DNA from: Ramazzottius varieornatus
Taxonomy: Eukaryota > Animalia > Tardigrada
Direction of reading: 5' to 3'
Length of the DNA: 64,000 nucleotides
Assembly (NCBI GenBank): GCA_001949185.1
Contig: BDGG01000007.1
Span: 817,971 to 881,970 of the forward strand
Shown: piece by piece, positions 45,618 through 58,210 of the stretch
Layout: each line of letters starts with the position of its first letter
Numbering within the stretch: the stretch's first letter is position 1
Notes under the pieces: model-generated
Databases searched by the model: none
Seen by the model: only the letters and a program-made list of their open reading frames with translations
Told to the model about the DNA's origin: nothing
Position numbers and translations under genes: made by a program

Positions 45618-48600
45618 ATGCAGTTTAAGTCGTCCCTAGGTGCTTGGCTGGGAGGAGCCTTGCTGGGTATTCTCTTTGCCATCCCTGTCGCACTTGCCAT
45701 TGTATTTGGTATACTGTACGGGCAGGCTAGCAGTGATCTGGAACAATGCCGCCAGCCTGTAACATCTACGCAGTCCACCTTGTCCACTAGTTCCGTTCCA
45801 TCCGGTAACTCCGGCCCATCCACAGCAGCGTATACCAGCGAAGGACCAGCGATAAACTTTACTTTGCGCCTTCCCGCAAGTATTGCGCCCATCCATTATG
45901 AACTCACCCTCCAGGTCTTTCTTCCCTTTGACCAAACTGAAGAAAGCCTCCCAAACACCTTTCGGACCGTCGGTACCGTCGAGATCACACTTAAACCTAC
46001 TGAAGACGATGTTGATCGCATTACACTTCACGCCAGAACGCAAGCTCCGTCCGGTAGCGGTAAGATATCGTTCTCGCCATCCCAGGTCCAGTTGCGGATG
46101 GGATGGAGTCAGCTACCAGTTGACCGGGTAGAGTTCCAACCGGAATCCGACGTTGTTGTGATCTTCCCAAGAGATAGACTATACAACGGTACGGAGTATA
46201 TTCTAACAATACGAGACTATGAAGGCGTTATCGCAAGTGACACTGAAGGACTGTATCGAAGTAGTTCTGAACGCAATGGTAGAAGGAACTGGCTGGCGGT
46301 GGCCAAGTTCCAGCCTCATAAAGCGCGGCGTATGCTTCCCTGCTTTGACGAACCAAGCTTCCGGAGTTCCTTCAGCGTGACAGTGAAGCACAATAGTCGG
46401 TTCACAACAGTAAGGAGCAATGGTGCGGGTGGCATCGGTAGACCTATTGGAGATGGGTGGACGGAAACGCGGTTTAGTACTACACCCAGTATGCCGGTAT
46501 ATCTGCTGACCATCTTGGTCAGTACTTTTGGACAGAGAACGGTGAACTACCAGCAAATGAGAAACTCTACTGTGAGTCGACGTGTCCGTTTTGAATATCC
46601 GTCAAGTCTCAAAAATCTTTGTTTGAAGACAATAGTCCACGCTCAAGATCTGAAGAGGCAGCGATGCAAAAATAACAAACCGTCTGTCAAGTTTCATACG
46701 TGATGATCCGAATTTTAATTAATAGATTTCGATTTTGGGGGTCGAAGATATGCTGCTGAAGCACGGTAATGTCACGTTTTCTCTTCAACAAAGCGAAAAG
46801 GCATTAGAGTGGATGGACGACAGATTTCAACAGCCCTATTTCAACTTCATGTCAAAGCTCGGTATTTGTCACGAATACTGTACTCCCGCGATACACACGC
46901 CATACTTCCCTCTGTATTAGGAAAAGTAGTACTGCAAGTAAAAAAGTGACGAAGTGGCGGAAGATTCCTCTTTAGAGTACAGCTTTTCGACTGATTATTG
47001 ATTCAATAAAGTTCAAATTTTCTGCCCCCGGGAGGTGCACATTCCTGACGTACGTACGAGTATGGCGTGTGTATCGCGGGAGTACAGTATTTTACCAACG
47101 TATCCACTCTCGTAGAAAAAACGCTCTGAGTAATTTTATGTTGCAGATCAGGCAGCTCTGCCTGATTTTCCAGCGGGTGCTACCGAAGATTGGGGATTGG
47201 TGCTTTACCGAGAAGCAAACTTGCTCTACGAGCCAGGTGTCACATCGGCTGATAATAAGCGGGCAATTGCTGGAGTGATCGCCCATGAGCTCTCTCACAT
47301 GGTTTTCGGGAATTTACTTACCTGTAAGTGGTGGTCCGATACATGGATGAATGAGGGATTCGCCAGATTTCTCCAGTACGAAATACTACACGATACAAAC
47401 CGTCAGTGGGGACTGGTAAGACGGAGAAACATCTATTACAAAAACTCCAAGTCTCAGTTCTTTTATTTTGTACTGTAGAACGCACTGGTGCCGTACTTGT
47501 CGACCCAAGTCGCAATGCAGTTGGATGCGTACGATACCGCGCATGCCTTGTACAACCCCAACGTCGAAACTATTCCACAGATTGAAAATATGTTTGGCAC
47601 CCTAAGTTATGCGAAGGTGAGCTTCCACGTCGAATCGTTCTGCGACGCTCCTTATTGAATCCATTTCTTCGGAACAACAAGCTATGTTTTGTAGGGAGGC
47701 TCCATTCTTCGGATGATGAAGGGTGTAATGGGGAGCGCGTTTTACGGCGCGCTGAGGAGATACGTGGCCAGATTCAGATTTCAAAATGTGGAACATGACG
47801 ATCTGCTGACGGTGTTGAGTGAAGAGCCCATCTCCGTCGGGTTCCCCGCTACTAACAAACATATTGACTTCAACAGCCATATGAAAACCTGGATAGTGAG
47901 CAACGGTTATCCGGTAATCACACTAAGACGTGTGGGTCCTGGACCTCGAGATATCACTTTCGAACAAAAACGGTTTCTGCTTCGGGCGGGAAACAGCTCA
48001 GCACATGCGGGGGTGGATAAAACTCGGACGTGGCACATTCCCCTCGTCCTATCTTACGGCTCCAGTGGAATTGACAGTGTTGGAGCACCCGGTTGGGATT
48101 ACGGTTATGGAGCCGACAAACTCTGCTGGATCACTAAAGCCACAGGCGGGATCATAATCTGAATAATTGTATATTGTGTGTGGAGGATTTTTGTTCAGAA
48201 TGTTTTTTTTGTCTGTGCAGGTCGTTTACTATCAGAATGCCCAGGTGAGTGGGGTTCCTATGTGTCTTGGCCACCACTGCCGCCATCGGACAACTCCTCT
48301 ACCAATTTTATCATCGCCAACCCTGGCCAGACCGGAATGTACCGGGTTAATTATGACAGAGAAAACTGGCGTCGCATTGCGCTTTATCTCAACGCCGGTC
48401 CTGATGGCCATCGTGTGAGATCCGAAAATGATTTACTATGTGTCGAACCAGTTACAGTATTCCATGCCAACTTTTGCTGACAGATGATGTATGAAGTGAC
48501 CAGAGGTCAGTTGATTGACGACGCATTCAACCTTGCCCGGACAGGAGATTTCGATATCTCATATGAAGTCGTATTCGACCTGATGCGATATCTTCCATAC

Positions 48601-49827
48601 GAGATGCAATATGGTCCTTTCGCTACCGCCATGGACAACATGCGCTACTTGGATCAGATGCTACGAAGTACTGTAAATTACGGAAACTTGACCGAGTATA
48701 TGCGCAACCTGTTCGACCTCAAGTACCCGGAATTCGGACCGATCAATTCCACGAGATGGAGCTCGTCAGTTTGGTCCGATGACCAAAATGGCTACGAACA
48801 AGGATCGTATACGACTCTGCAGTTCAATAACGTGGTACTGGACAACGCTTGTTACTACGAACAGGCGGAGTGTCTAAACGATGCGACCAGCAAGTTCAAG
48901 CAATGGAAATTAGCCAACCGAAGCCTCAGCTTACCGTAAGTGCCTAAACTTATGATAACATGCGAGCATACGGGCGTACACTGTACGTCATGACCAATTT
49001 TCGAGCTTTTGGTTTCCAGGTACGAATACAGTACGGAAAATGCCGCTTACGTGACGAATTTCCCCCAGACCAGGAACATGATCTTATGTTACGGTATCAG
49101 AGCCTCTGAGAATGCCACCGAGGACTGGATGTTTCTGAACAGCATGCACGACAGGGAGACAACGCCGGCGGCAAGGGCTTCGATTCTTCGAGCACTTGCG
49201 TGCAGCAAAGAAGGCTCCTTGCTACAGCGGTCAGAAGCTTCATATTCAAACACTTCCAGACTATAAAACTGAAGCGCTGTTCACATGTGTTTTTTTGGGG
49301 CGATAGGTTGTTGCAGAAAACTCTGGATGGTACAGTTCGTGAGCAAGACAGCAACTCTATTTTTTTCTACATGACCCGCTGGCACCTTGGAGAGCAGCTG
49401 TCTTGGAATTTCCTTCGCCAGAACTGGGGTCGCTTAACTCGCAGGTGCGCACACTATAGCCCTGCTGCGCTTTAAGAGTGGCATCTCACAGGATATTTTG
49501 TTGGCATTTCAGGTCTTCGATCGTTGCGGACGTCACTGCATCCTTCAATACTCGCCAGCAACTCGAAGAAGTATTTTTATTATTTTTTTCTACTGGAATT
49601 TAGAGTAGAAAGACGTGCTCAGAACTGCGTGTAGTACAAAGTAACAGCGGTACTTGTCGTTGCAGGTGAGAGAATTTCGGACATCATTAGGTCCTGACGT
49701 CGCGGAAATTCCTGCCTTCGAAAAAGCTATAGACAAGATTTTGGCCAATATTGAATGGATGGATGAAAGCGTCGATGATGTCGTCAGCCAGCTTAAAATC
49801 CAGTATAAAAACTTCCCTATTGCTTGA
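45618..49827 (+). CDS. M1 family aminopeptidase N-like type II membrane metallopeptidase
   Basis: N-terminal TM; RLP..PIHY; FQPHKARRMLPCFDEP; GATEDWGL; HELSH-18x-E (WMNEGFA); YAKGGS; YRVNYD; RGQLIDDAFNLA. Stop at 49827. Confidence 0.92.
46876..47089. mobile_element. MITE family C with perfect terminal inverted repeats, TA-flanked, intronic
   Basis: AATACTGTACTCCCGCGATACACACGCCATACT (46874-46906) is the exact reverse complement of 47059-47091. Confidence 0.85.
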
Positions 49828-50585
49828 AGTTTGACTTTCCATCTGTCACTCGAGCTGTGGCTCCATACATACTCGCGCGCTTGGGCTTTCGAAAGTTTTT
49901 TACAGGCACGAAGCGAAAGGTTGAAGCAGTAAAAAGTTTGCATCAGACGGACATACGTCTGTTCCGCTATTTCTACTGCTCCAAACTTTACCTTCGTGCG
50001 TGCAGTGGAAGTAACTTACCTATCTCTGGAGGGCCCGTAGTATCACGCCTAGGACATTTGCGTTTAGTTTAACGGGGCATAGCGTAATATTCTAACCAAG
50101 AATGCGGCCGGCGGCACAAATTTAAACGTAGAATCGGGGGTTTCTGGAAGGTGGTTCAGTGGTCGGAAGAGCCTGATCCGTCATCCTCCTCATTTGTTTG
50201 CTCTTTTGTTATCATCGCATTCACTCGGCCTTCCCAGTGGTCAGGACCACTAGCTAGTACATAGTATCAGTTGCTTGCAAAAGCGGAGAACGATGCATAA
50301 TATCTTACTAGCTAGTGGTTCTGACCACTGGGATGGCCGAGCAGAAGCAAAGAAGCACAAGTTTTGCGAGTAAAAACTTTTGCTACTCGGATCAAGTTGC
50401 GCACTTGATTTCAGTACTGAGGTTGCGATATCTGAAAGCTCGAACAATCTGATCGTCCATTGAAATCTCGACAAGCTTAAAAGGGCCTCGCTGCGCTCGG
50501 CCTGACAATCGATCCAATTTCTTTTTTATACACTGCGGAGGGTTAGTGTTCAAGATGGCGGTCGAAAGCTCTGCCCACATCTGTG

Positions 50586-51260
50586 GAAGAAGATCTAGTA
50601 CCAAACTGGACTTTGGATATGCCTGGGTAGTTTGTTTCTGCAATTTGTTATCAATATCGCGACCGACGGCTTCTGTTTTACGTTGGGAGTCATCTTCCCT
50701 ATCTTCCTCATCTTCCACACCCGTTATGAAGGTTCAGCCACCTCAACTTCCTGGGTTGGTGCTATTCTAACAAGCACAAGGTACCCAACAGGACCGCTGG
50801 TCGGACTACTACTGATAAAGTTCGGATCGCGAGTGGGAGTTTTGCTGGCGGCCATCGGAGTCTCACACCTTATATTTTCTCTTCCTCAGCCTTGGGGGCC
50901 TCACAGGTAATTCAAAAAGGTATCCGACTCAGATTACAGTTTAAAGAAGAGTTTTCCAATCAGACTCCTTAGATTCCTTCGCTTCACTGGCAATCACTGC
51001 CGCATACCGCGTGAGTTCAGCGCTGTGGTAATACGGGGCACAAAATGTCTCCCTACTCGTGGTCAGGTGACCGGGACTACCGTTGATTAGTTCTATAATT
51101 ATATAGGACCACGGGTACGATGTGCACTGTACGAGAGGCGCACTGCACCGGTAATTGAGGAACCGGTAAAGCAAAGCGTCTTGTTCGCAGATTTAAGCAT
51201 CGGGCAGGTCGTTGGAGGAGTGTCGGCTTCATTACCGTTGATATTATGTAGCCTGGCATT
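50586..51260 (+). pseudogene. SLC16/monocarboxylate-transporter-like MFS remnant
   Basis: DFGYAWVV (cf. DGGWGWVV) is frameshifted from DGFCFTLGVIF..TSWVGAI..GPLVGLLLIKFGSR; stops downstream. Confidence 0.65.
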
Positions 51261-51920
51261 TCTCATTTATTTCCGGTACGAACTGGTGAGCCTTGATCGG
51301 CCTGAAGATTACCAAAACAACACTTGACGCCTGGATCACTTTGCCATAAGCGCTTTTATGTTGGCAGAAAGACCAAGCGGCGTGAGGATCGCACTTGGTG
51401 GATAATTGAAACCGAGACTGTTGACAGGCCAAATTTTCTTGGAGGTTATCTGGCTTCGGGTGTCCGTCTTGGGCACGACGGTCGTTGTTTGGACCAAAAC
51501 AAACACTATAGCAAACTGCAATCTGAAGTGTTGGCCGGTGTATGAACTATGGTCTAGGTTCAGTAGATATCAAATCTTGAAATTTTAATTGTTAAATATT
51601 AATTGTTGAAACATCTTATCTTTGACGGTCTGAGATCGTCATTTCCCGAAATTACAGTAAACGACGGAAACTGAACTGTACGTTTCCCTAAAACCAAAAG
51701 TAGATGTGGTTTCTCAAACCTGCCACAAGTGCTTAACATGCTTAACTTAAATGAGCCGGTATGATGCGATTCGATTTGATGCGCAAGAGTTAAATGTGCG
51801 AAACAGAAGATACTCATCGGACAAATTAAAAAGGCAGATAGCTTATGAAGCTCAGCAGATATTGTTCCATTTTCCATTTCTGTGTGATTCAGTTACCGGC
51901 AGATGACCTTACTGAAAGAT

Positions 51921-51924
<4 letters not shown>

Positions 51925-51952
<28 letters not shown>
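51925..51952. repeat. (AG)14 microsatellite
   Basis: Perfect dinucleotide run. Confidence 0.95.
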
Positions 51953-51955
<3 letters not shown>

Positions 51956-52242
51956 TTATTGAGCCCCGACAATCTAAGCGACGTCTTCCTCGATCGTCGG
52001 AGGATAAAGAAACATTCCAGTACAGAAAAGTAAGCTTTCGGCAAGAGAATGTGATCAATGATAACTTGGAGATCCGTACACGGAAGTTACAGCTCGAGGA
52101 CAGGTGTCAGACGGAAAACTCATTAAACCATAAGTCATCGCAGGAGCAACTAGATTCACAAAGACGAAAACGGAGTTACTGAGAGATACAGATAGGTAAT
52201 CAAGCTCAATAAATATGGCTGAAATTTCCAGACCTGTGTGGT

Positions 52243-54436
52243 TCAGGTACCGGCAGATGACGTTACGGATATCCCATGTACCGGATGCAAATGGTTCGCT
52301 CTCTGGTGAGCATGGAATAGGTCCAGAACATGCCGCCGTATTAATGGCATAATGGGGCGTCTTTTTCTACAGAAACAATCTTTCATCTGAGGACGCCATC
52401 TACAGTCTTCCATAAAATCGATGTCATTGAACCAAATCAAGATGGCGACTGCCGTCAATACAGTAGCCAAACCGCTCAAAAGCGGGGTATACATCGGTGC
52501 AATTTCCACCTAAAGACGGATTGTTCAGAACCAAAACAGCGAGTGTTGTGCAGTTCTGCGTATCGCGGCGTACCAGTTTTACGTAATACATTCCGACCGC
52601 TCCTCCCGTCGTGGCGCACAGGATCATCCAGAAAATAGCTCCAGGCTGGCACTCCTCGCCTCGGATTTCCGCTGACTGAAGCCGGAGAATGCCTAGCATG
52701 CTGAGCGTGGTCATTGCTGTCACGCAGTAAGATGTACTGCGGATGGTATAGCTCGTCGTCATCCTCGACAGTCCCAAACCTGATGAAAACTTCAATGTCT
52801 GTCATTCCCTCAGCAATTCCCGATAGAAGGAAGGCTACAGATCAGTACCTTCTGTTGGCATAACATACGCATCCACAAGAAAACCAGTGCTGCCCGAGAA
52901 AAGGAACGCTACGATGATTTCCATTTTCTTGAAGAATCGCAACAGCATTTGTGTCAGCACTCCCCCGAGCATAGCCATTACACCAATTATGGCAAAGTTC
53001 CAGCGCAGTGAGAAAGGGTAAACGGCACGGGTGATGGAAACAGATACCCAGATATAGTTCACTACAAACCTGCGTCGAGAAAGAGTAGTATACCTCTTTT
53101 GTCATCACCTGATCAGATTTCTACTCTAGAAACGAACCAGGTTAATGTGACGTACAACCAGCGACGGAAGATGAACGGGTTGTACATTATCTTCGTCCAC
53201 GATCTGATCAGATATCCTTGCCACCTGGGAGGCGTTCTGGTCAGCGAGTTCGTCAACAGAGGCGACGGCTCCACACAGAAATCGAGAGGAAGTTTTACCG
53301 CGTTCCATCGTGCGATACGTCCGACTACGCTGTCAGCTTCTTTTTCTCGATTGACATTAACCACCCAAAAAAGAGGTGACTCAGGGAAAAAACTGCAGCA
53401 GAAAACCATTGTTCAGCCATGGTCCAAGAGGAACGGTTGCTACTGTAAGGCCTTGCGGAACTTACAGAATTACGACAGGTGTCCAAATCAACGTACTCAT
53501 TGCTAGCGCATAGACCACCTTGCGCCAGTTGGAGCTGAAGAGCCAGTCCAGAAGGATCAGAAAAGGCAGACCGGCTGCGTAACCTGTCACGGTTAACGCG
53601 ATGGTGCAGTGACGTTCGTCGATAGGATGTAGTTCCACAATGTGTCTGGTCAGTGCCAAATAGGCAATCTGAAAATTCCATTTGACTGAGTCTTTGAACA
53701 TGCTTGTGATGATTAATTAGTTCAGGACAAACCTCCTCGTTACCTGGATGAATATCCGCTGTAAGCAGCGTATGACCCACATGTTCCAGTAAGTCGCGAC
53801 ATAGGGGGTGATTGCAAGGATGATCCCCGATAGAGACAGTGTAACACATAGCACAGATTTCCTGCCCAGCTTATCCATGAAAGGTAAAGACAAGGGTTGA
53901 AAGGGCCAGATGGCAACACTTGACAATCCAGGGAACGCCGAGCTAAATACATGATTGCAAGTCACGTTGAGCTGCAACGAAGTAACATTACTGTAAAGCG
54001 CAGTATCCGAAACATGGAGGGGGGGGGGGTGTCACTTGAAGCTTACTTTTTGCGAAAGTGTAGGTCCAAAACGACGCGAGATGGGTTTAGCGTCTTCTGT
54101 GAGCGCAAAGTCACTGGTGTCTTCCATGTATTCGAAGTGGTCGGAACACGATTGAAGAGTTTTACTTATCTTATAAGAACCGTTAACTGCATGAAACTTG
54201 TACATATCGCAACTTGCGTACATGGATTTATTGTCGGCAGTAACGTCGATTTTTCTTATGAAGTCAGTCCATTTGGCGCCAGGTGGCGTTCGACAGCGAT
54301 GAAGTGGACTGTATGCAATGGTTATGTTGAGATAAATATGGGCGCAACAAATGGCTAATAAAGGGATGGTTACGGTGTAATACATAACATGCCAGTTCCC
54401 ATAACCAGCCGTCTTCAACGCATCGATCAACAACAT
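52243..54436 (-). CDS. SLC22/organic cation transporter-like MFS protein (multi-exon)
   Basis: TM1 plus Cys-containing ectoloop (HRCRTP, SCDMY, CSDHFEY); DKLGRK; VELHP..R; FPESPLFW; TM-rich 3' exons. Confidence 0.8.
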
Positions 54437-54953
54437 ATCGGTCAGGACGATTTAGGGGATCAACCATGCAAAACAATGGCTGATGCCTCAGAATTCGCGA
54501 CTCCATCTTGCAGATGACGAAGCATTGCTCTGATGTTAGCGTAAGTGCCCGCTCGATTACCGTCTTCCGGGCTCCTGGTAGACCATTAACTTTGTTGCTA
54601 TGCCTGTGACGGTAACTCCGTTCGAATGGATATCAGCATCAGTTCTGAATGAAAAAATTCACCCATCACTGTCTGAATCAAGCCCGTCAGTGATCTGCAC
54701 GGTGAAAACCCAAAGCAGCCTCTGGCTCTCGTTTTCAGGGTCGTTGGTCCAATAAAGTGTCCGTCTGGTGCTATTTCTGTCGTAAGTGGGTCTAGCATGT
54801 CTCATAACGTGCAAGACTTCAATGAATCAAAGTCAACTGTTGGAAAACTTACAAAGAAACTGTACCAAGAAGCAAAATTAATTCAGACGTAAAGTAACTT
54901 ACAGGAGAACGAGAAAGCAATCAGTCTGACAAGTAACTTTAATTTGTCGAAGC

Positions 54954-55733
54954 TTAAAATTCTTCGATTTCTTTAATTAAACTACGAGACCGATTGTCCT
55001 GATAATTCTGAGCGTTTTCATTTGCTCGGGAAAATCCCGGGTTTACTTCTCTCTGTACTGAAGCTGGCAGCCACTGCGGCACATCCTGCTTGGACTGCGT
55101 ACACATCCTGCGAATCCAATAAGGCAACGTTCTCCTGGTACAGGCGACTGTTGGACTAGTTTTCGAACTGACGCGATAGCCTACAGTCGACGTTGCAAAC
55201 CAGTCGCAAACCAGTCGCAAACCAGCGTGATCTGGTTGAACTGAGAAACAAAATCGTGACATGTTGATGCAATGTGATTTATGCCCAGTGCTCTGAATGC
55301 CAAAGTGGGCATGCAGTTAAGTTCTGCAGCAGAAGAGAGATAGCCTTACGGTCATATTGGGGCATATGTATCCGGTCAGGACGCCATTGACGTCACATCG
55401 GAAGAAGACCTGACAGTCCCCTTTGACGGTATCAGCGTAAAAGCCGGGCTGGTCGAAAACAACGCACTCCAGTGTGTTCTGTGGGATCTCAGAATGAAGC
55501 GGGTAGTCCTGACCAGGCACTGCATTGGCTATAATGTTCTGAATGGTCTCCGTATCAAGTGGTGCACTCGCGCGCAGCATGTCCAGCGCATCCCACACCT
55601 TGGGCTGTTGATCCCCGTTCCCCCGCCGAAAGCGGTGGAGAGAACCTGTGGTAACATTAGCCACCAGAATGGTAAGTACGACGAAAACCTTTGTAGTGAT
55701 GGAGCAGTTTATTCGCTGAGCGGTGAAAAACAA
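54954..55733 (-). pseudogene. Chitin-binding type-2 (peritrophin-A) domain gene, apparently disrupted
   Basis: DYP..IP...C...PGFYAD..CQVFFRC..YICPNMT|FNQITLVCDW..NVDC. An 11-bp tandem repeat at 55195-55225 breaks the frame, and a TAG follows. Confidence 0.65.
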
Positions 55734-57508
55734 CCCTGCAATCGCCTCACTTGTCGTTCTCTTATGGATGAGTGTTAAATCTTGGCCAAAAGACGACCGA
55801 GCCTTCAGCGACCATCAGTTGACCGAAGGTTTCGAACCTAGTTTGCGTGTTGAGACAGTTGAAGTCAGCACATCGTTCGCTAAGTCGGTGAGAGCTTGCA
55901 ATTAGGTATGCACAATGAATTAGTTATGGGTTCTGTTGCCCTTGAATTTCATGATACTGAGCGAGCTCTTCGTTTCCTCGCTCATTGAGTTAACTCATAC
56001 AGAGTGCAACTTCGTTGATTGACGCATCAAATTAGCTCGCGTGCATTCAGTTGTGTTGATCCATTTCATTGTTTTGTCTGCAGAGTGGAAGCAATATATC
56101 AGCAAAGGCGCCAGTTTGACACTCCTATGCACCGGAACCTTGAAACGAGATAATATAGAGATTAGGTTACCACTCCCGTTCGCTTCCCCCTGTAGCCAAG
56201 GCTAGCTCTGCCCCTTTTGTAACATGTAACTACAATTTGCTTTCCGGAGTTTCCATTATTTTCGAAAAATAGCGTAATCAGATTTACGATAAGCTAGCGT
56301 TGTGAAGCATGGTGGCTGCCCAACTATTTAGAATTGTGGTCAGCTGCTCCGCTTATAAGTGATGTTGAGGCCCACTCTAGCTACAGTCCGACCTTACTCC
56401 GGCGGTGCCAACTTAATCTCTGTAATAAAATTATGTTGTTGGCCGACTTTCGACTTCAGCCGACGCTGGTTTCGATGCCTACTTAAAATATCATTCAGGT
56501 ATTGCACCCGTTAAATCAGCAGGCAACCAGATTGTTGATTTTGCACTACGACCTCCATGCGGGTTTTCCGCCTGTCTCCGCCCTTACATTCTCCGGACTC
56601 ATGACGATCTCGGGTTTCCAGATGGGGCAGCAGGGGTTAGCCAGGGTTAGCCTGATCAAAGAGAATATTCAGAAAAGTTCAAAACCTATACACAACATAT
56701 ATACATCCTGTATTTTACTTAAATTTTATCTACCGATATTTATTTACTGTAATGCTTCTTGAATCTCACGCATCTACGTCTCATCACGTGTGCACTACAT
56801 GCGTCATTATACCCGTAAAAATTGCGCGCATTATGACGCCAGTGCGTGAGATCCAAGAAGCATTACAGTACCCATACTTACCCATAACCTCCCTCCAAAG
56901 GCAAGAAATCAAACCCCAAAGTCTCTCTCTCTGAATCGCCGTCGCGTACATAGTATTAGCGGATAAATCGATGGTCTTCGAATGACTCGATGATACGCAT
57001 GTACATCATGAACAGTCCTTTCGCTGTTAGCGGCCGGGGGCACGCCATACATACAGCGGGTATTGCGAGCTGGGCCGCTGGGTACCGTATGGGTAATCTG
57101 GCTGCCCCCAAATACAACGCCTCGGAAGATGCGATTAGCGGATTTTGATCGCTATCTGCCAGATCTGTACCAGCGTACACTCCCACTCACTTCATGGAAG
57201 CCTTCCATACCTTTATGGATGCTTTGACCCTCCATGTCAGTTCATGATGCCAAAGCTCATCGCGAAAATAGAACAAGTCATCATACAGGTTTGGTTCCAC
57301 TTTTGGTATGTTTATATTTTTGCTAGCTTCGCAAAAGAACAAATTACAAGCTCCACATAATCACAAAGAGATTCTTCCGGCAACGGCTAAAGTTGAAACA
57401 AAAGGTAGCAGATCGTTGGTTAGAACTGCATGGAGTGACACCGCTCACCTTAACGTTTCCTCCCGACTTTGTCGACTTTGCTGGTAGATGCCGACTTTCT
57501 GAGTTGAG

Positions 57509-58210
57509 TCACTTGAACGTCATATCAGCTAGTCCCAAGAACATATCCTCATCCACCCAGATTGCTTCGTCTTCCGTCTCTCCTTGCCACTTGACCAAAA
57601 ATTGTCGCTTCGTTCGAACATCTAAGATTCTTCCAATTTCAGACTTGTCATCGATCCCGTCCGTTTCACACTCCTCTCCATGCTTTGAATACTCCGCAAA
57701 ATTGGCCGACTCCGGTTCGGACAATAGCTCGACAGGATCTGATGACCCGATGGCCTTCCTGGACGACTTCTTGGTCGCGGTTTTGATGGCCATGCTGCGA
57801 TCCACAACCTGGTTGACAGCCGCGAGTTTTTCAGGCCGGAAACCGGCATTAATCAGATAATTCTTCAGGGTTTGCTCACTGTAGCTGTAGAGCTTGGCAG
57901 CTGCTTTGGTAGTCATACCCTTCCTTACAACCGCATCGACCGCATTCTGAGCTTCTAATGCAATTTTCAGGAGGGGTTCCGATCTACAACAAACAAAGTT
58001 TTATAGCACGGCTACGCACGACCCGGATCTGAGCCATATTAGATTAGGTAGTTTGCCATGCAGTCTCAAGCGCACTATCCGTTACCGTTTTCGCTTCGGA
58101 ATGCATTGGACAACGGTAGAATTGTTTCGAAGTTTCATTCGCAAGGCGCGTCCCGGACCAGCGTCTCGAACACCGACCTCATCTTCCTCGGGAGGGTTAA
58201 TGTTGGCCAT
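57509..58210 (-). CDS. HTH (Psq-like) plus chromodomain protein, paralogue 1
   Basis: ATG 58210, then intron; AVDAVVRKGMTTKAAAKLYSYSEQTLKNYL; EIGRILDVRTKRQFLVKWQGETEDEAIWVDE. Confidence 0.7.
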
